The position numbers and the translations under genes are program-made. A stretch of 64,000 nt of DNA, taken from the sequence record OR608733.1, one strand, 5' to 3'. This document shows, piece by piece, positions 21,344 to 33,844 of this stretch (the first letter of the stretch is position 1; each line of letters starts with the position of its first letter). Under the pieces are notes generated by a model. The model was not told the origin of the DNA, ran no database searches, and saw nothing but the letters and a program-made list of their open reading frames with translations.

Positions 21344-21772
21344 TTATTTTAATTTTTTACATGCTTTATAAAACCGTGTACCAACGTACAAAATAAACCC
21401 GCCAATAACAGCAACTGATGTGATTGTTTCCAGCGGCATGCGCTTAGCGGGTTCTTCAATTGGTACTGTAACAGCTGGTAATTCAATTCTTTTCTCAATA
21501 ACTTTTTTACCAGTTAACTTATAATAAACATCTGGTTCTAATGTTATCGATTCAAGAATCTGATTACTACATGGATAGCGTGTGACGCCTCCATGTCCAT
21601 CTGCAACATAGAAGCTGAATGTATCGCCTACACGATGTAAGTCAACCACACTACCCATATATGTCATATGAGCTGGATAGAGTTCTGCCTTGACCTTTCC
21701 ATCGTTGAATAAGTCAATGACGGAACTCTTCTTTAGCTCACCCATTAAGTTTGCTAAAGTGAATGCCGCCAT
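21344..21772 (-). CDS. Putative early protein with C-terminal transmembrane helix (142 aa)
   Basis: ITSVAVIGGFILYVG followed by a basic tail; same operon. Confidence 0.65.
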   Translation of the reverse strand: MAAFTLANLMGELKKSSVIDLFNDGKVKAELYPAHMTYMGSVVDLHRVGDTFSFYVADGHGGVTRYPCSNQILESITLEPDVYYKLTGKKVIEKRIELPAVTVPIEEPAKRMPLETITSVAVIGGFILYVGTRFYKACKKLK

Positions 21773-21790
21773 TAGCGATAACCCTATTAT

Positions 21791-21997
21791 TTAATCGACT
21801 TGTTGAGCACTATCATCAATATCGATTTTATCTAGCTCATCAGTTAGAATATCTACTTCACTGTCTAGTACCGTATCATCATCAGCTACGGTGTCATCAA
21901 TAACGGTTGATTTAGAAACGGCCTTATATAGATTAATAGCGGCAACAGCGAGGGCACCAGTTGAGATAATTGCAGCTGCGATCTTTAGTACTTTCAT
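21791..21997 (-). CDS. Small early protein with N-terminal hydrophobic helix and acidic tail (68 aa)
   Basis: AGGA RBS; IAAAIISTGALAVAAINL then an Asp-rich C-terminus; first gene after the promoter. Confidence 0.65.
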   Translation of the reverse strand: MKVLKIAAAIISTGALAVAAINLYKAVSKSTVIDDTVADDDTVLDSEVDILTDELDKIDIDDSAQQVD

Positions 21998-22052
21998 TTT
22001 CTATTTTCCTAATCATTAAGTTTTAATAAGTATCCAATATAGATACATGTCT

Positions 22053-22080
22053 GTAATATAGATCTTAAACTTTTTTTAGT
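22053..22080 (-). promoter_or_regulatory. Early (virion-RNAP) promoter
   Basis: Minus strand ACTAAAAAAAGTTTAAGATCTATATTAC contains the phiKZ early core TATATTAC; 24/28 identical to 22569-22596. Confidence 0.72.
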
Positions 22081-22106
22081 GTAATAAAAAAATTAATGCG
22101 ATATAA

Positions 22107-22128
22107 ACCCCCTCCCGAAGGAGAGGGT
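22107..22128 (-). terminator. Intrinsic terminator with UUCG loop
   Basis: Minus strand ACCCTCTCC-ttcg-GGAGGGGGT then TTATAT, just after the 131-aa gene. Confidence 0.65.
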
Positions 22129-22138
22129 AATATGTATA

Positions 22139-22534
22139 TCAGTATTCCATCGAAGTTAATACTCGATAATGATCTAATAGTAAATCAATAACAGAGTAAA
22201 AAGAATCACAGTTGAATTGCGTATCTATATTTGCAGATACTCCAGTAATACGATTGATAATATGGAGACACTTAATATCTCCACCACGTTGTCTGATAAA
22301 AACAACTGCCCACACTGGCCACGTACTATCTGGTGTGGTGTCTTGAATAACTAATCTGTAATACCCATCATTTACTGTTTCAATGGATGCTTGGATTGGA
22401 TCATCTGTATAAGCCGATTCTACTTGAACATATTGATCATTATAATAAAACATTTCCTTAATAAGTTTAGCACAGGCATGTAATGTCTCCATTACCTTAG
22501 CTGAACTATTTGGATTATATTGTTGATTAAACAT
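22139..22534 (-). CDS. Early hypothetical protein (131 aa), apparently monocistronic
   Basis: GAGG RBS; own TATATTAC promoter upstream and terminator downstream. Confidence 0.7.
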   Translation of the reverse strand: MFNQQYNPNSSAKVMETLHACAKLIKEMFYYNDQYVQVESAYTDDPIQASIETVNDGYYRLVIQDTTPDSTWPVWAVVFIRQRGGDIKCLHIINRITGVSANIDTQFNCDSFYSVIDLLLDHYRVLTSMEY

Positions 22535-22568
22535 GTCATTAACCTCTTAAGATATTGTATGCATAGTA

Positions 22569-22596
22569 GTAATATATATCTTAATTATTTTTTAGT
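22569..22596 (-). promoter_or_regulatory. Early (virion-RNAP) promoter
   Basis: Minus strand ACTAAAAAATAATTAAGATATATATTAC; near-duplicate of 22053-22080. Confidence 0.72.
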
Positions 22597-22625
22597 GTAG
22601 TTGTGAAAACTTAGAGGAATATACG

Positions 22626-22802
22626 ATGCCTAGTAAAAGTAAAAAACAACATAACTTCATGGCTGCTGTAGCCAATGATAAGAAGTTTGCTAAGAAAGTT
22701 GGTGTACCACAATCAGTTGGTAAAGACTTTGTTGAGGCTGATAAAAATAAAAAGAGTTTTGAAAGTGTTTCACTTAATAGCACTTATAAAGATAGTTACT
22801 AA
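22626..22802 (+). CDS. Small basic protein (58 aa) MPSKSKKQHNFMAAVANDKKFAKKVGVPQSVGKDFVEADKNKKSFESVSLNSTYKDSY
   Basis: Translated by hand (below the track cutoff); AGAGGA RBS; ends exactly at a conserved palindrome. Confidence 0.75.
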   Translation: MPSKSKKQHNFMAAVANDKKFAKKVGVPQSVGKDFVEADKNKKSFESVSLNSTYKDSY

Positions 22803-22834
22803 TATAATGCCCTCCCATTGCGGGAGGGCTTATG
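22803..22834. terminator. Conserved palindromic element / bidirectional terminator, copy 3
   Basis: TATAAT-GCCCTCCC-attgc-GGGAGGGC-TTATG between convergent genes. Confidence 0.72.
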
Positions 22835-22844
22835 TTGCTTATAA

Positions 22845-25337
22845 TTATTTTAATACTAGATTTTTATTAAATACTTCTGGAGTACTAATATTAGCTGGAT
22901 CAAGTACAATAAATTCAGCTTGGTTAAATGCACCGTGTGTTGATTCAAAGTGGCTGATGAAGAACACTTGATTAACAATGCCATTTTCAATTAACCTGTT
23001 AATGAATGGAATAGCATTGGCTCGATGTTGTTCATCAAAAGTCCTGCTAAATTCATCTAAGAAAAGGGGCATGTCATCTAGATGTAAAAATTTCAAGATA
23101 GCCATTCTAAAAGCAAAATCAACAATCTCTAATTGTGAGTCAGACCCGTATTCAATGTCCGGTGGCTGAACATCGCCACCTGCAATATGCATTGGGAACT
23201 TATAATCCATGCCATCTTTGTCAACATTAGAAGGTAATACTTCTAACCTATAAGTCCAAATCTCATTGATGTATGCATTTACTAGTTTAACTACTCCTTG
23301 TAAGAAACCTAATAAATAACGACCAAGAATACCACTTTTTGGTGATAATGCTTTTTCAAGAATAGCTAAATCAGTAGCCATTTGTTGTGCATGGTTAACT
23401 TCTGATTCTAAAACTTTAATACGTTCTTCATGACGTTCCATTTCACTTAAACGACTATGCACACTAGATAGTTCTAAGTTAACAGCATCAATCTCTGCTT
23501 GGTATGCCTTATCTACAAAGTTATCAGCTGTATCCACTATCTTTTTAATAAACTGCTCCCATCGTTCAATAAAAGAATGATACTTATCTTCCCATTCACG
23601 AATAGCATTACCAGCTTTATTGAAATGAGATGCTTTTCTTTGTAAGTCAGCTGCTACATGTGTTTTATTATTAATTTCAGTTTCTAGTGCAGTTGTACGT
23701 GCCTTAATGAACCCTAATGCATCTTGATCCATCTCAGCAATAACACGTAGTCGTTGAGCTAATAAAGTAGCTTCCGCATGAGCTTGCTTAGAGACAATGA
23801 GTTGCTGCATTGCATCTCGCCAGTCTAATGCATCATTTATATATTTTGCTGGTGTGCGATACATTACGACATGTTCAGCTACATAGTTCCATAATGTATC
23901 AAATTCGTTATACTCTTTCGTTAATTGAACGTAGCCATGTACATAACTTACATATTCATTGAAGTCAGTCATGTACTGTTCAAGAACCTTGATCTCATTT
24001 GAACAGCTATCCATCGCTTCATCTAACTTAGCTTTGCGCTCTTCTGCTATTGTGATATCTTGTTCACTAACACCAGGTTTAAATGAATGAGTGCATGATG
24101 GGCAAGTAATAGATGCGCATTCCTTAAATGAATTTAGGCGTTGATTAATTTGTAAATACATGCCTTCCATGGTTGAGTATTTACTTTTTAATTCTTTTAG
24201 CCTTTCTGCATTTTTAATAGCAGTTTCTTTACTTAAGTAACCATTCTCATTATTAGGAAATGTAGTGAGAAGTTTGATCCAACGATCTGAGAGATCAGTA
24301 AGTTTACCAGATGGATCACCGTTAACAGAAATGTCAACCAAAGGAAATCTACCGGTATACTTCTTATATTTACTAATAGCTTCTTCAGCAATGCGTGTAT
24401 GATGTTCATGTCTGTCCTTAAGTTCTTGTATTTCTTCTGGAGACATACGTTCAGCTGTATTCGGATTAGAGCTTTTTAATTCTTCTAATTCTTCAACTAA
24501 ACGTGCAATAACTGCTTGTATAGATTTATATTCTTCAATCTTCTTATTATTTAGTTCTAAGAAAGATTCATACCCATCTACTTTAACTTGAATAGGTAAC
24601 ATTGGAAATGACATTAACAATGAACGAGCTTCATCTAAGATAGAATCTAATTCTTTACGTGCAGTGGTTTCATCTCTAAAATGAAGGACACCTTTCTTAT
24701 CACGTGTTTTATAAAGTAAATCAATACGACTAACTAACCGTTGTTTCACTTCTTTCAACTGTGTCATTTCTGAATCATTCAATACCCCATGGTGTTCTGT
24801 GACCAATCGCTTATTAATTGTTTTAACAGTACCTTGCTGGTTAGATAATTCTTTACGTACTTTGTTATAAACATTAAATGCATAATCAAGGTTAACTACA
24901 GACATTCTAGTTAACCATGCTTTACGTTCATTAGGTTTTAACTTTGTAAAACGCATCTTACCTGTCAACATTTCATGCAGTTCTCGGTTTAACCCGAAAT
25001 GCGCCATTACAAGTTCTTCTTGTTCTTTAAAGGTATGACCACTATTTAATTCTTCATCATTACATAAAAAGGAATGATGTCCAGTGCCACGGTTATATTT
25101 AGAAATTAATTTATAGTCTTTACCATTTGCATGACAATGGAAATGTTTCTCGCCACCTTGCTTGAAGTTTGAACTGCTAGATACAACAGGTGTCAGTTCA
25201 CTAATAATAGATGATTTGCCAGAACCATTACTACCAAGTATAACCATCATCTGTTTGCTTGGAGTCCATTCAAAATAATGTGTATTATTGGCCATCAACC
25301 TAGTATAGCCAATTAGCTTAAGTAGCTTGATCTGCAT
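22845..25337 (-). CDS. sbcC: SbcC/Rad50-like SMC-family ATPase (830 aa)
   Basis: Walker A GSNGSGKS, long coiled coils, CPSC zinc hook, degenerate signature GSDSQ, Walker B LFLDE. Confidence 0.88.
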   Translation of the reverse strand: MQIKLLKLIGYTRLMANNTHYFEWTPSKQMMVILGSNGSGKSSIISELTPVVSSSSNFKQGGEKHFHCHANGKDYKLISKYNRGTGHHSFLCNDEELNSGHTFKEQEELVMAHFGLNRELHEMLTGKMRFTKLKPNERKAWLTRMSVVNLDYAFNVYNKVRKELSNQQGTVKTINKRLVTEHHGVLNDSEMTQLKEVKQRLVSRIDLLYKTRDKKGVLHFRDETTARKELDSILDEARSLLMSFPMLPIQVKVDGYESFLELNNKKIEEYKSIQAVIARLVEELEELKSSNPNTAERMSPEEIQELKDRHEHHTRIAEEAISKYKKYTGRFPLVDISVNGDPSGKLTDLSDRWIKLLTTFPNNENGYLSKETAIKNAERLKELKSKYSTMEGMYLQINQRLNSFKECASITCPSCTHSFKPGVSEQDITIAEERKAKLDEAMDSCSNEIKVLEQYMTDFNEYVSYVHGYVQLTKEYNEFDTLWNYVAEHVVMYRTPAKYINDALDWRDAMQQLIVSKQAHAEATLLAQRLRVIAEMDQDALGFIKARTTALETEINNKTHVAADLQRKASHFNKAGNAIREWEDKYHSFIERWEQFIKKIVDTADNFVDKAYQAEIDAVNLELSSVHSRLSEMERHEERIKVLESEVNHAQQMATDLAILEKALSPKSGILGRYLLGFLQGVVKLVNAYINEIWTYRLEVLPSNVDKDGMDYKFPMHIAGGDVQPPDIEYGSDSQLEIVDFAFRMAILKFLHLDDMPLFLDEFSRTFDEQHRANAIPFINRLIENGIVNQVFFISHFESTHGAFNQAEFIVLDPANISTPEVFNKNLVLK

Positions 25338-25386
25338 GATTAACCCTTAATAATGTCTTACTCTATAGAGTTAATAACCCTAGTAA

Positions 25387-26559
<1,173 letters not shown>

Positions 26560-26563
26560 AGAA

Positions 26564-26595
26564 CATAATGCCCTCCCACTATGGGAGGGCTTATG
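26564..26595. terminator. Conserved palindromic element / bidirectional terminator, copy 4
   Basis: CATAAT-GCCCTCCC-actat-GGGAGGGC-TTATG between convergent genes. Confidence 0.75.
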
Positions 26596-26598
26596 CTG

Positions 26599-27786
26599 TT
26601 AAATACCTTCATTCTCATAATGAGTAATGCAGTGACTAACAAATGTTAACCAGACTTTAAGAGTTACTGCTAACCAATGGGTGTAGTTACCAACAGGTTC
26701 TGCTAATTTTCGGGATATCTCAGCGAGCATATTAATTGCCTCGCCATTTGCCCTTCCCAATAACTCACTACGTTCAGCTAGCTGTCGAATTGAATCATCT
26801 ACAACTACCTTAACTGTTTTATATTCTACTTCGCCTTGTTTAGCACGTTCAGCGATCGTTAAAATATTAGCAATACCAGTTACAATATCACTTAGCGTAG
26901 TTACAGAAGGTACTTCTATATCTCGTTCAGTGCTATCAATTGCATTGATTTGTAACTCTGTAAATTCCATTGTAAATGTATTGCGAACCATTTCTAGTGC
27001 AGATTGTTTATTAGTAACTGATGTAGCTATATGGTCAGCATCAGTATAAACAAATGCACGATTAGCTGGTAAAATATAACTTCTATGGGTACCAGTAGAA
27101 GTAGTCTCACCTTTCTTTAATGGCTCATCCCCTGGCGGCGCTTTAAAATCACGACGCACTATATCGGCAAAAGATTGTAATAACTCATCAATGATTTCTG
27201 TAGTGGTATCTTCGCCTTGATTATCTAAGATATTCAATGCTTGTCTACTAATATTTCGAGCAATATTAGAAGTCATTTTAGGATAAGTCATTAAAATATA
27301 ATTAGTGACTTCTTTGATATCTAAAAGATTATCTGGTCGATCACCAATGAATTCACCGTTAATAGATAATCGCTGTAAACCAGAAACAGTCAATCGAGTA
27401 TTAGTCGTACGATTACCTAGTTTTGCAAGTCGCCTAGATAATTTTTGCTGTGTTTTACGCACATGTGAAATACTGCCAGTAAACTTGACGTAGAATGCCG
27501 TGAGTGTTTCGATTACCATCCGCACAATATCTCGTGCAGCCTTAGCAGCTCGAACTAATGCATCTTTTAAAGCACGTAGTGTAATTATACCGCCTTCTTT
27601 TATGGAGAAGGCGGGATCGATACTTTCTAAAGCAAATGACATCGCTTTAGACAGGTCTTCAGATGCTACGTCACGTCCATCTAGCAGATCTTGATAACGA
27701 GCTAATCGATGGCGATATGCTTCAACAGAAACAATAGCCTCTTTGAGTTCATTATTGGTAATTAATAGTTCTGCATATGTGGACAT
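26599..27786 (-). CDS. gp163: Internal head (inner body/ejection) protein, 395 aa
   Basis: Propeptide-like N-terminus ending in FALE|SID (A-x-E protease site); paralogous to the neighbour (GSISHVRK..vs..QNVSNQIER region). Confidence 0.72.
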   Translation of the reverse strand: MSTYAELLITNNELKEAIVSVEAYRHRLARYQDLLDGRDVASEDLSKAMSFALESIDPAFSIKEGGIITLRALKDALVRAAKAARDIVRMVIETLTAFYVKFTGSISHVRKTQQKLSRRLAKLGNRTTNTRLTVSGLQRLSINGEFIGDRPDNLLDIKEVTNYILMTYPKMTSNIARNISRQALNILDNQGEDTTTEIIDELLQSFADIVRRDFKAPPGDEPLKKGETTSTGTHRSYILPANRAFVYTDADHIATSVTNKQSALEMVRNTFTMEFTELQINAIDSTERDIEVPSVTTLSDIVTGIANILTIAERAKQGEVEYKTVKVVVDDSIRQLAERSELLGRANGEAINMLAEISRKLAEPVGNYTHWLAVTLKVWLTFVSHCITHYENEGI

Positions 27787-27795
27787 TATGTTTAC

Positions 27796-29364
27796 CTATT
27801 CAGTTTCCTTGATTTCACTATCAACTAGTTTCTCAAGTACGGTGATCCAGATCATCACACATTTAAACAGATCATTACTAGCTTCAGTGGTGCCAGTTAG
27901 ATAAGCCTTACCAACATTGGTTGCTTCTTTATCAGTCATCTGTGCAATGATTTCAGCAGTTGACTCTTTAGAGATACCGCGAATATTATTTAGATGATTT
28001 AGGAGGTTATGAACTGCTTTTAGCTGAGCCATAACAACATTCTTATCAACTAATAGTTCAACAGTAATTCCATAGTTGGGTTTACCCGGTGCATCAAGAA
28101 TGGAGAAGTCTACCGCAGCTTTGTCTTTACCAAAGGTATAAACACGATTACCGGGCACAACCGGGCTAGCATATCGGACACCATTAGCATTAATTTTGGT
28201 AGCTGTTCCAAACATACCTTTAGCTAAAGCCAGTGCTTTATCATCAGTTGTTTTTCCAGCTAAGGCTGCTTTAAGAGCACGCAGTCCATTCTTTTCAATG
28301 CTGTCAAATAGATTACGGATTACAGTAACCCCCTGAACAGGGTCTACACCAACCCAACTCTCACCAGTGTCACCTAGAATCAGATCGCGTGGAATTGCGA
28401 TAGTACGAACTTCATCGGGTAGTTCATTCTCTTTAACGCGTTTCATGATCTTATTAACGCGTTCTATTTGATTACTGACATTCTGGCGAATACGTTGATA
28501 AGTTTCTACAACAATGCGAATTAGCTTCTTAATGAAATCTAATGCAACAGTGGATACTTCTTTTGCTTTAGCCTGTAGATTATCTAATACTTCAATAGAA
28601 GCTTTAGGCCGAGTTAGCGGTGATATAAAGGATTCCATTGATGGCACAGTGCTATTAAAATATTTATAGTCGAATGACTCTAGCGCAATACTAATAGCTT
28701 TAGCTAGATCATGATCGACATCATGACCGCGATGATGGCGGTTACTAACTAAGCCAATATAGTTTTCTAATGCAGTTTGAACAGATTCTACTTTAGTCAG
28801 TTCATTTACAATTGTAAACATTTCAACTGATAATGATTCTAGATGATCATCTAGTTCACCAGTGATGATATCTTCAGTAGTTTCCAGTAGTGCGGTGGCA
28901 TCATAGCCATGGTCTAGCTGCTCAGTCTCATTGGCTTCCATAATGGAAACGTCTTCATTCGATGGGACATCTGCAATCTGGTGTGGTTTTTTGGTACTAA
29001 CATTAAGATCTTTAGTATCACTTACTTTAGTGATCATTTCATCAGCTGTTTCAGTGATTTCGTTTTCAACACGATCACCTTTAGCTACTTGGAATTCTTT
29101 TAGCCCTTGACTAACATGAATCTTCTTATCATTGATCTTGTCAGCAGTTCCATCAACATCTGGACCTTTGCATACATCAATTTGGGTATTAGTAACGACA
29201 TTAGTAACTTCATCAGATGGATTTACTTTACCATCTTCATCATCTTTTAATTGTTCTGGTAATTCTTTACCAACATCAAGATTGACATTCTTATCTTCAG
29301 CATCAGAAACTCGCTCAAGACTTGCAAAGAAATCCATTGCGGGAACTGTTTTTTTCTTAGCCAT
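27796..29364 (-). CDS. gp162: Internal head (inner body/ejection) protein, 522 aa
   Basis: Long acidic N-terminal propeptide with several S/A-x-E sites (ASLE, IALE, PSME); synteny. Confidence 0.75.
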   Translation of the reverse strand: MAKKKTVPAMDFFASLERVSDAEDKNVNLDVGKELPEQLKDDEDGKVNPSDEVTNVVTNTQIDVCKGPDVDGTADKINDKKIHVSQGLKEFQVAKGDRVENEITETADEMITKVSDTKDLNVSTKKPHQIADVPSNEDVSIMEANETEQLDHGYDATALLETTEDIITGELDDHLESLSVEMFTIVNELTKVESVQTALENYIGLVSNRHHRGHDVDHDLAKAISIALESFDYKYFNSTVPSMESFISPLTRPKASIEVLDNLQAKAKEVSTVALDFIKKLIRIVVETYQRIRQNVSNQIERVNKIMKRVKENELPDEVRTIAIPRDLILGDTGESWVGVDPVQGVTVIRNLFDSIEKNGLRALKAALAGKTTDDKALALAKGMFGTATKINANGVRYASPVVPGNRVYTFGKDKAAVDFSILDAPGKPNYGITVELLVDKNVVMAQLKAVHNLLNHLNNIRGISKESTAEIIAQMTDKEATNVGKAYLTGTTEASNDLFKCVMIWITVLEKLVDSEIKETE

Positions 29365-29399
29365 TTTAAAACTCCGGAGTATTAAAGTTCATAAGGTTG

Positions 29400-30059
<660 letters not shown>

Positions 30060-30100
30060 TCATTCAATTGAGCACTATAGTTACTTTAAGACGAAATAAT

Positions 30101-30128
30101 AGCGGATCCACTTTAAAGCAGATCCGCT
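30101..30128 (-). terminator. Stem-loop, probable terminator
   Basis: Minus strand AGCGGATCTGC-tttaaa-GTGGATCCGCT then ATTATTT. Confidence 0.55.
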
Positions 30129-30133
30129 TTAAA

Positions 30134-30607
30134 TTAAAATGCTTGACCAGGACAAACCCAAATATAATCACCAGTTGTTTGGCCATTAGGTCTGACTAAT
30201 ATAAATCGTTGTCCAACCGTACCGCGCACAGAAGCATCTTCAAATGGAAAACCTCTAGGTATAACTAATTTACCATCTTTGTCTTGTGCCCAAAAACTTA
30301 ATGAGTCCCTAGTCTCTTTGCCATTAATAGGATCTTTTTCATAGAAACTCAATACGAAAGTAAATCCATTTGGCAATGATGTATTATATTTAATAACAGT
30401 GCCAATAAATGTAGGTGTTGTTGGTGATGATACATATCCATCTTCTTCTTTAAAGATAATGTTAGTATCAAAATAATCTTTAACATCTAACAGATTATAA
30501 ATAACATCATCTCCATAAAGAGGGTGTTTCATTTTTAATGGATATTTATTTATTGTTGTGTAAAATGCACCAGGAATGAAATTATCACATTTTGATGTAT
30601 CTGCCAT
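30134..30607 (-). CDS. Hypothetical protein (157 aa), possible fibre/decoration-associated beta domain
   Basis: Open frame with GGAG RBS, co-oriented with neighbours. Confidence 0.68.
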   Translation of the reverse strand: MADTSKCDNFIPGAFYTTINKYPLKMKHPLYGDDVIYNLLDVKDYFDTNIIFKEEDGYVSSPTTPTFIGTVIKYNTSLPNGFTFVLSFYEKDPINGKETRDSLSFWAQDKDGKLVIPRGFPFEDASVRGTVGQRFILVRPNGQTTGDYIWVCPGQAF

Positions 30608-30610
30608 GAT

Positions 30611-31015
30611 TTACTCCTGTACATCCGTCATTACACGTCCTTCGATAGACCAGTATAATTCATTTTCTAATGAATCATAAACCGTTCTATATTCACATGC
30701 CTCACCTTTGTTTAATTGACAGTCAACTTTGAATACACGGTTACCAACTAAACGATTACCATAAGCACGAATCACCAATAATCCATTTGTCTTATTAGCA
30801 ATAGTAAATACATATTTACCTTTTTTAGTATCATAGGCAGTAGCTGGTAAATTTACTATAAATGGACTATCTGAATTATCATTATCAGTATAATTAGGAT
30901 CTTCAACGATAATGTGCGCATTAAGATAAGTTGAGTCAATATCAAACTTACGTCCAGTTGCTTTAGACGTGTCAATTACTTTCATAGGTGGGTAGATATA
31001 ACAGAATTCGCTCAT
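30611..31015 (-). CDS. Hypothetical protein (~134 aa) resembling the C-terminal domain of the upstream gene
   Basis: ATGA overlap with the upstream stop; IVNLP..GKYVFTIANKT vs VILP..GAEYRILNLT. Confidence 0.68.
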   Translation of the reverse strand: MSEFCYIYPPMKVIDTSKATGRKFDIDSTYLNAHIIVEDPNYTDNDNSDSPFIVNLPATAYDTKKGKYVFTIANKTNGLLVIRAYGNRLVGNRVFKVDCQLNKGEACEYRTVYDSLENELYWSIEGRVMTDVQE

Positions 31016-31962
31016 GATTGCATCCACCATGACAGACCAAGTGTATACATCGCTTTAGTTGTTTCATTATAACAGATAAATCGAGTATAGCCATTATTAG
31101 GTAAGAAACCAGTACTTGTATACATTGGCCTAATGATACTCTGTTGATAAGCAGTAGCTATATCAACATCTTCATTAGTTAAATTCAGTATTCGATATTC
31201 AGCACCGGCCTTAAGTTTCTCGCTATTGCCAGAAGGTAGTATAACACCTTTAGGTGACTCTGCTATTTGAGCATCATCTGGTTTAGGCATTAGTACCAAT
31301 AGCCTACCTATAGCTTGATCATAAGGCGGACAAATCCAATTACCAAATTTACCTGTTTCATTATCAACTGTAATTGTAAATGGTACAAGCAATTGCGGGA
31401 ATATCTGATATCCATCTGTTGGTTCTGGATCAGGATCTGGATCTGGGTCCGGCGGATCAGGGTCAACATCACCACCTGAATGTAACCATAGATTTAACCA
31501 TCCTCTCCACCATAGTGACGAATCAATAGCTTTAAATAAAAAGTTTGGTTGTTTCTTACCACCGGTATACGTTATATTAGATATTTCTAACCATATGTCA
31601 CTAGCAGTAAAATTTAATTTAGCTTTATTAGCAACATACGCAACTAAAGCTTCGCTATTTTTTAACCCTTGAACAACCGTTACTTCTGATGCTGTCCAAT
31701 ATGGATTTTTAATATAATCATTAACATTAAAACGATTATAAAGAAAGTCGTAATAAACAGCACTATTAGTTGCATCTTTTTGAATGCGAACAAATGTCCT
31801 ATTAGGTTCATCGATAGTTGCACTATCCATCACCATTACAATAATGGACTTATCCTCAGATAAACCTAAATCCGGATATGTTGTTGTAACTGCTTTGAAG
31901 AAACCTATTCGTGGATCTTGCCCACGCGGGTTATCCGCAAGATTAAGAGTGAATCTACGCAT
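31012..31962 (-). CDS. Two-domain virion-type protein with Asp-Pro linker (316 aa)
   Basis: DVDPDPPDPDPDPDPEP linker; N-terminal domain resembles 48204..48737; AAGGTGG RBS. Confidence 0.72.
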   Translation of the reverse strand: MRRFTLNLADNPRGQDPRIGFFKAVTTTYPDLGLSEDKSIIVMVMDSATIDEPNRTFVRIQKDATNSAVYYDFLYNRFNVNDYIKNPYWTASEVTVVQGLKNSEALVAYVANKAKLNFTASDIWLEISNITYTGGKKQPNFLFKAIDSSLWWRGWLNLWLHSGGDVDPDPPDPDPDPDPEPTDGYQIFPQLLVPFTITVDNETGKFGNWICPPYDQAIGRLLVLMPKPDDAQIAESPKGVILPSGNSEKLKAGAEYRILNLTNEDVDIATAYQQSIIRPMYTSTGFLPNNGYTRFICYNETTKAMYTLGLSWWMQS

Positions 31963-31985
31963 TGCACCACCTTTAGATTAATATA

Positions 31986-32007
31986 AGAGAGGGCCTTTGC
32001 CCTCTCT
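31986..32007. terminator. Stem-loop terminator
   Basis: AGAGAGGGC-cttt-GCCCTCTCT, followed on the minus strand by TATATTT. Confidence 0.65.
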
Positions 32008-32017
32008 CATTTATGCA

Positions 32018-33358
<1,341 letters not shown>

Positions 33359-33366
33359 TTAATCCT

Positions 33367-33370
33367 CATA
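33367..33370 (-). promoter_or_regulatory. Candidate late promoter (TATG) fused to the SD
   Basis: Minus strand TATG-AGGATTAATTC-ATG; a transcript starting at the G would begin with GAGGA. Confidence 0.45.
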
Positions 33371-33533
33371 ATTAGAGCGCGATGGGTTTCCATCTATAAA
33401 ATCAGTCTGTTCTAGTTGTGTTAAAATAAAAAGTCTGGTATTATGAGCTTTACGTAATACCCTTGTAACAGTCTATTGATAGAAATGCCAATACTGGCTT
33501 TTATGGGTAGGCATAGTACTAACAGAGGTCATC

Positions 33534-33824
33534 ATGCTCGGTTTGACTATTAAAGCCTTGCTCTTCGTTTGGCCATTCCTTAAGAGGGCTATCTTTGGTG
33601 ATAGAACTATTAAGGAAGTGTTGCTGGAAAACAAACACGTCACGGCGATGTTGATCCTAGTCGTAATATTACTAGGTACCTTATTCATAGTGACTAGTGA
33701 GTTGAAGTCAGTTAAAGCAAGCAACTGGGCCGTTAAAGCCGAAATGGATCGACTCAAGAAAATGACGCCTGAGAAGGCTGAAATGCTTGAGCGCCGCCGT
33801 CGTTTAAATGACTTGCTAAAGTAA
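33534..33824 (+). CDS. Small membrane protein, i-spanin-like or holin-like (96 aa)
   Basis: GAGG RBS; TM segment MLILVVILLGTLFIV followed by a charged helical C-terminus. Confidence 0.65.
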   Translation: MLGLTIKALLFVWPFLKRAIFGDRTIKEVLLENKHVTAMLILVVILLGTLFIVTSELKSVKASNWAVKAEMDRLKKMTPEKAEMLERRRRLNDLLK

Positions 33825-33844
33825 GTACCAAATTGGTGGATCAC

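Noticed and set aside
22592-23169. Track ORFs 22592..22783 (-), 22675..22971 (+) and 22978..23169 (+)
   Set aside because: They overlap the better-supported 58-aa gene or sbcC and cross the terminator element.
33473-33844. 123-aa minus-strand ORF
   Set aside because: Antisense to the 96-aa membrane protein, which has a clear RBS and TM helix.
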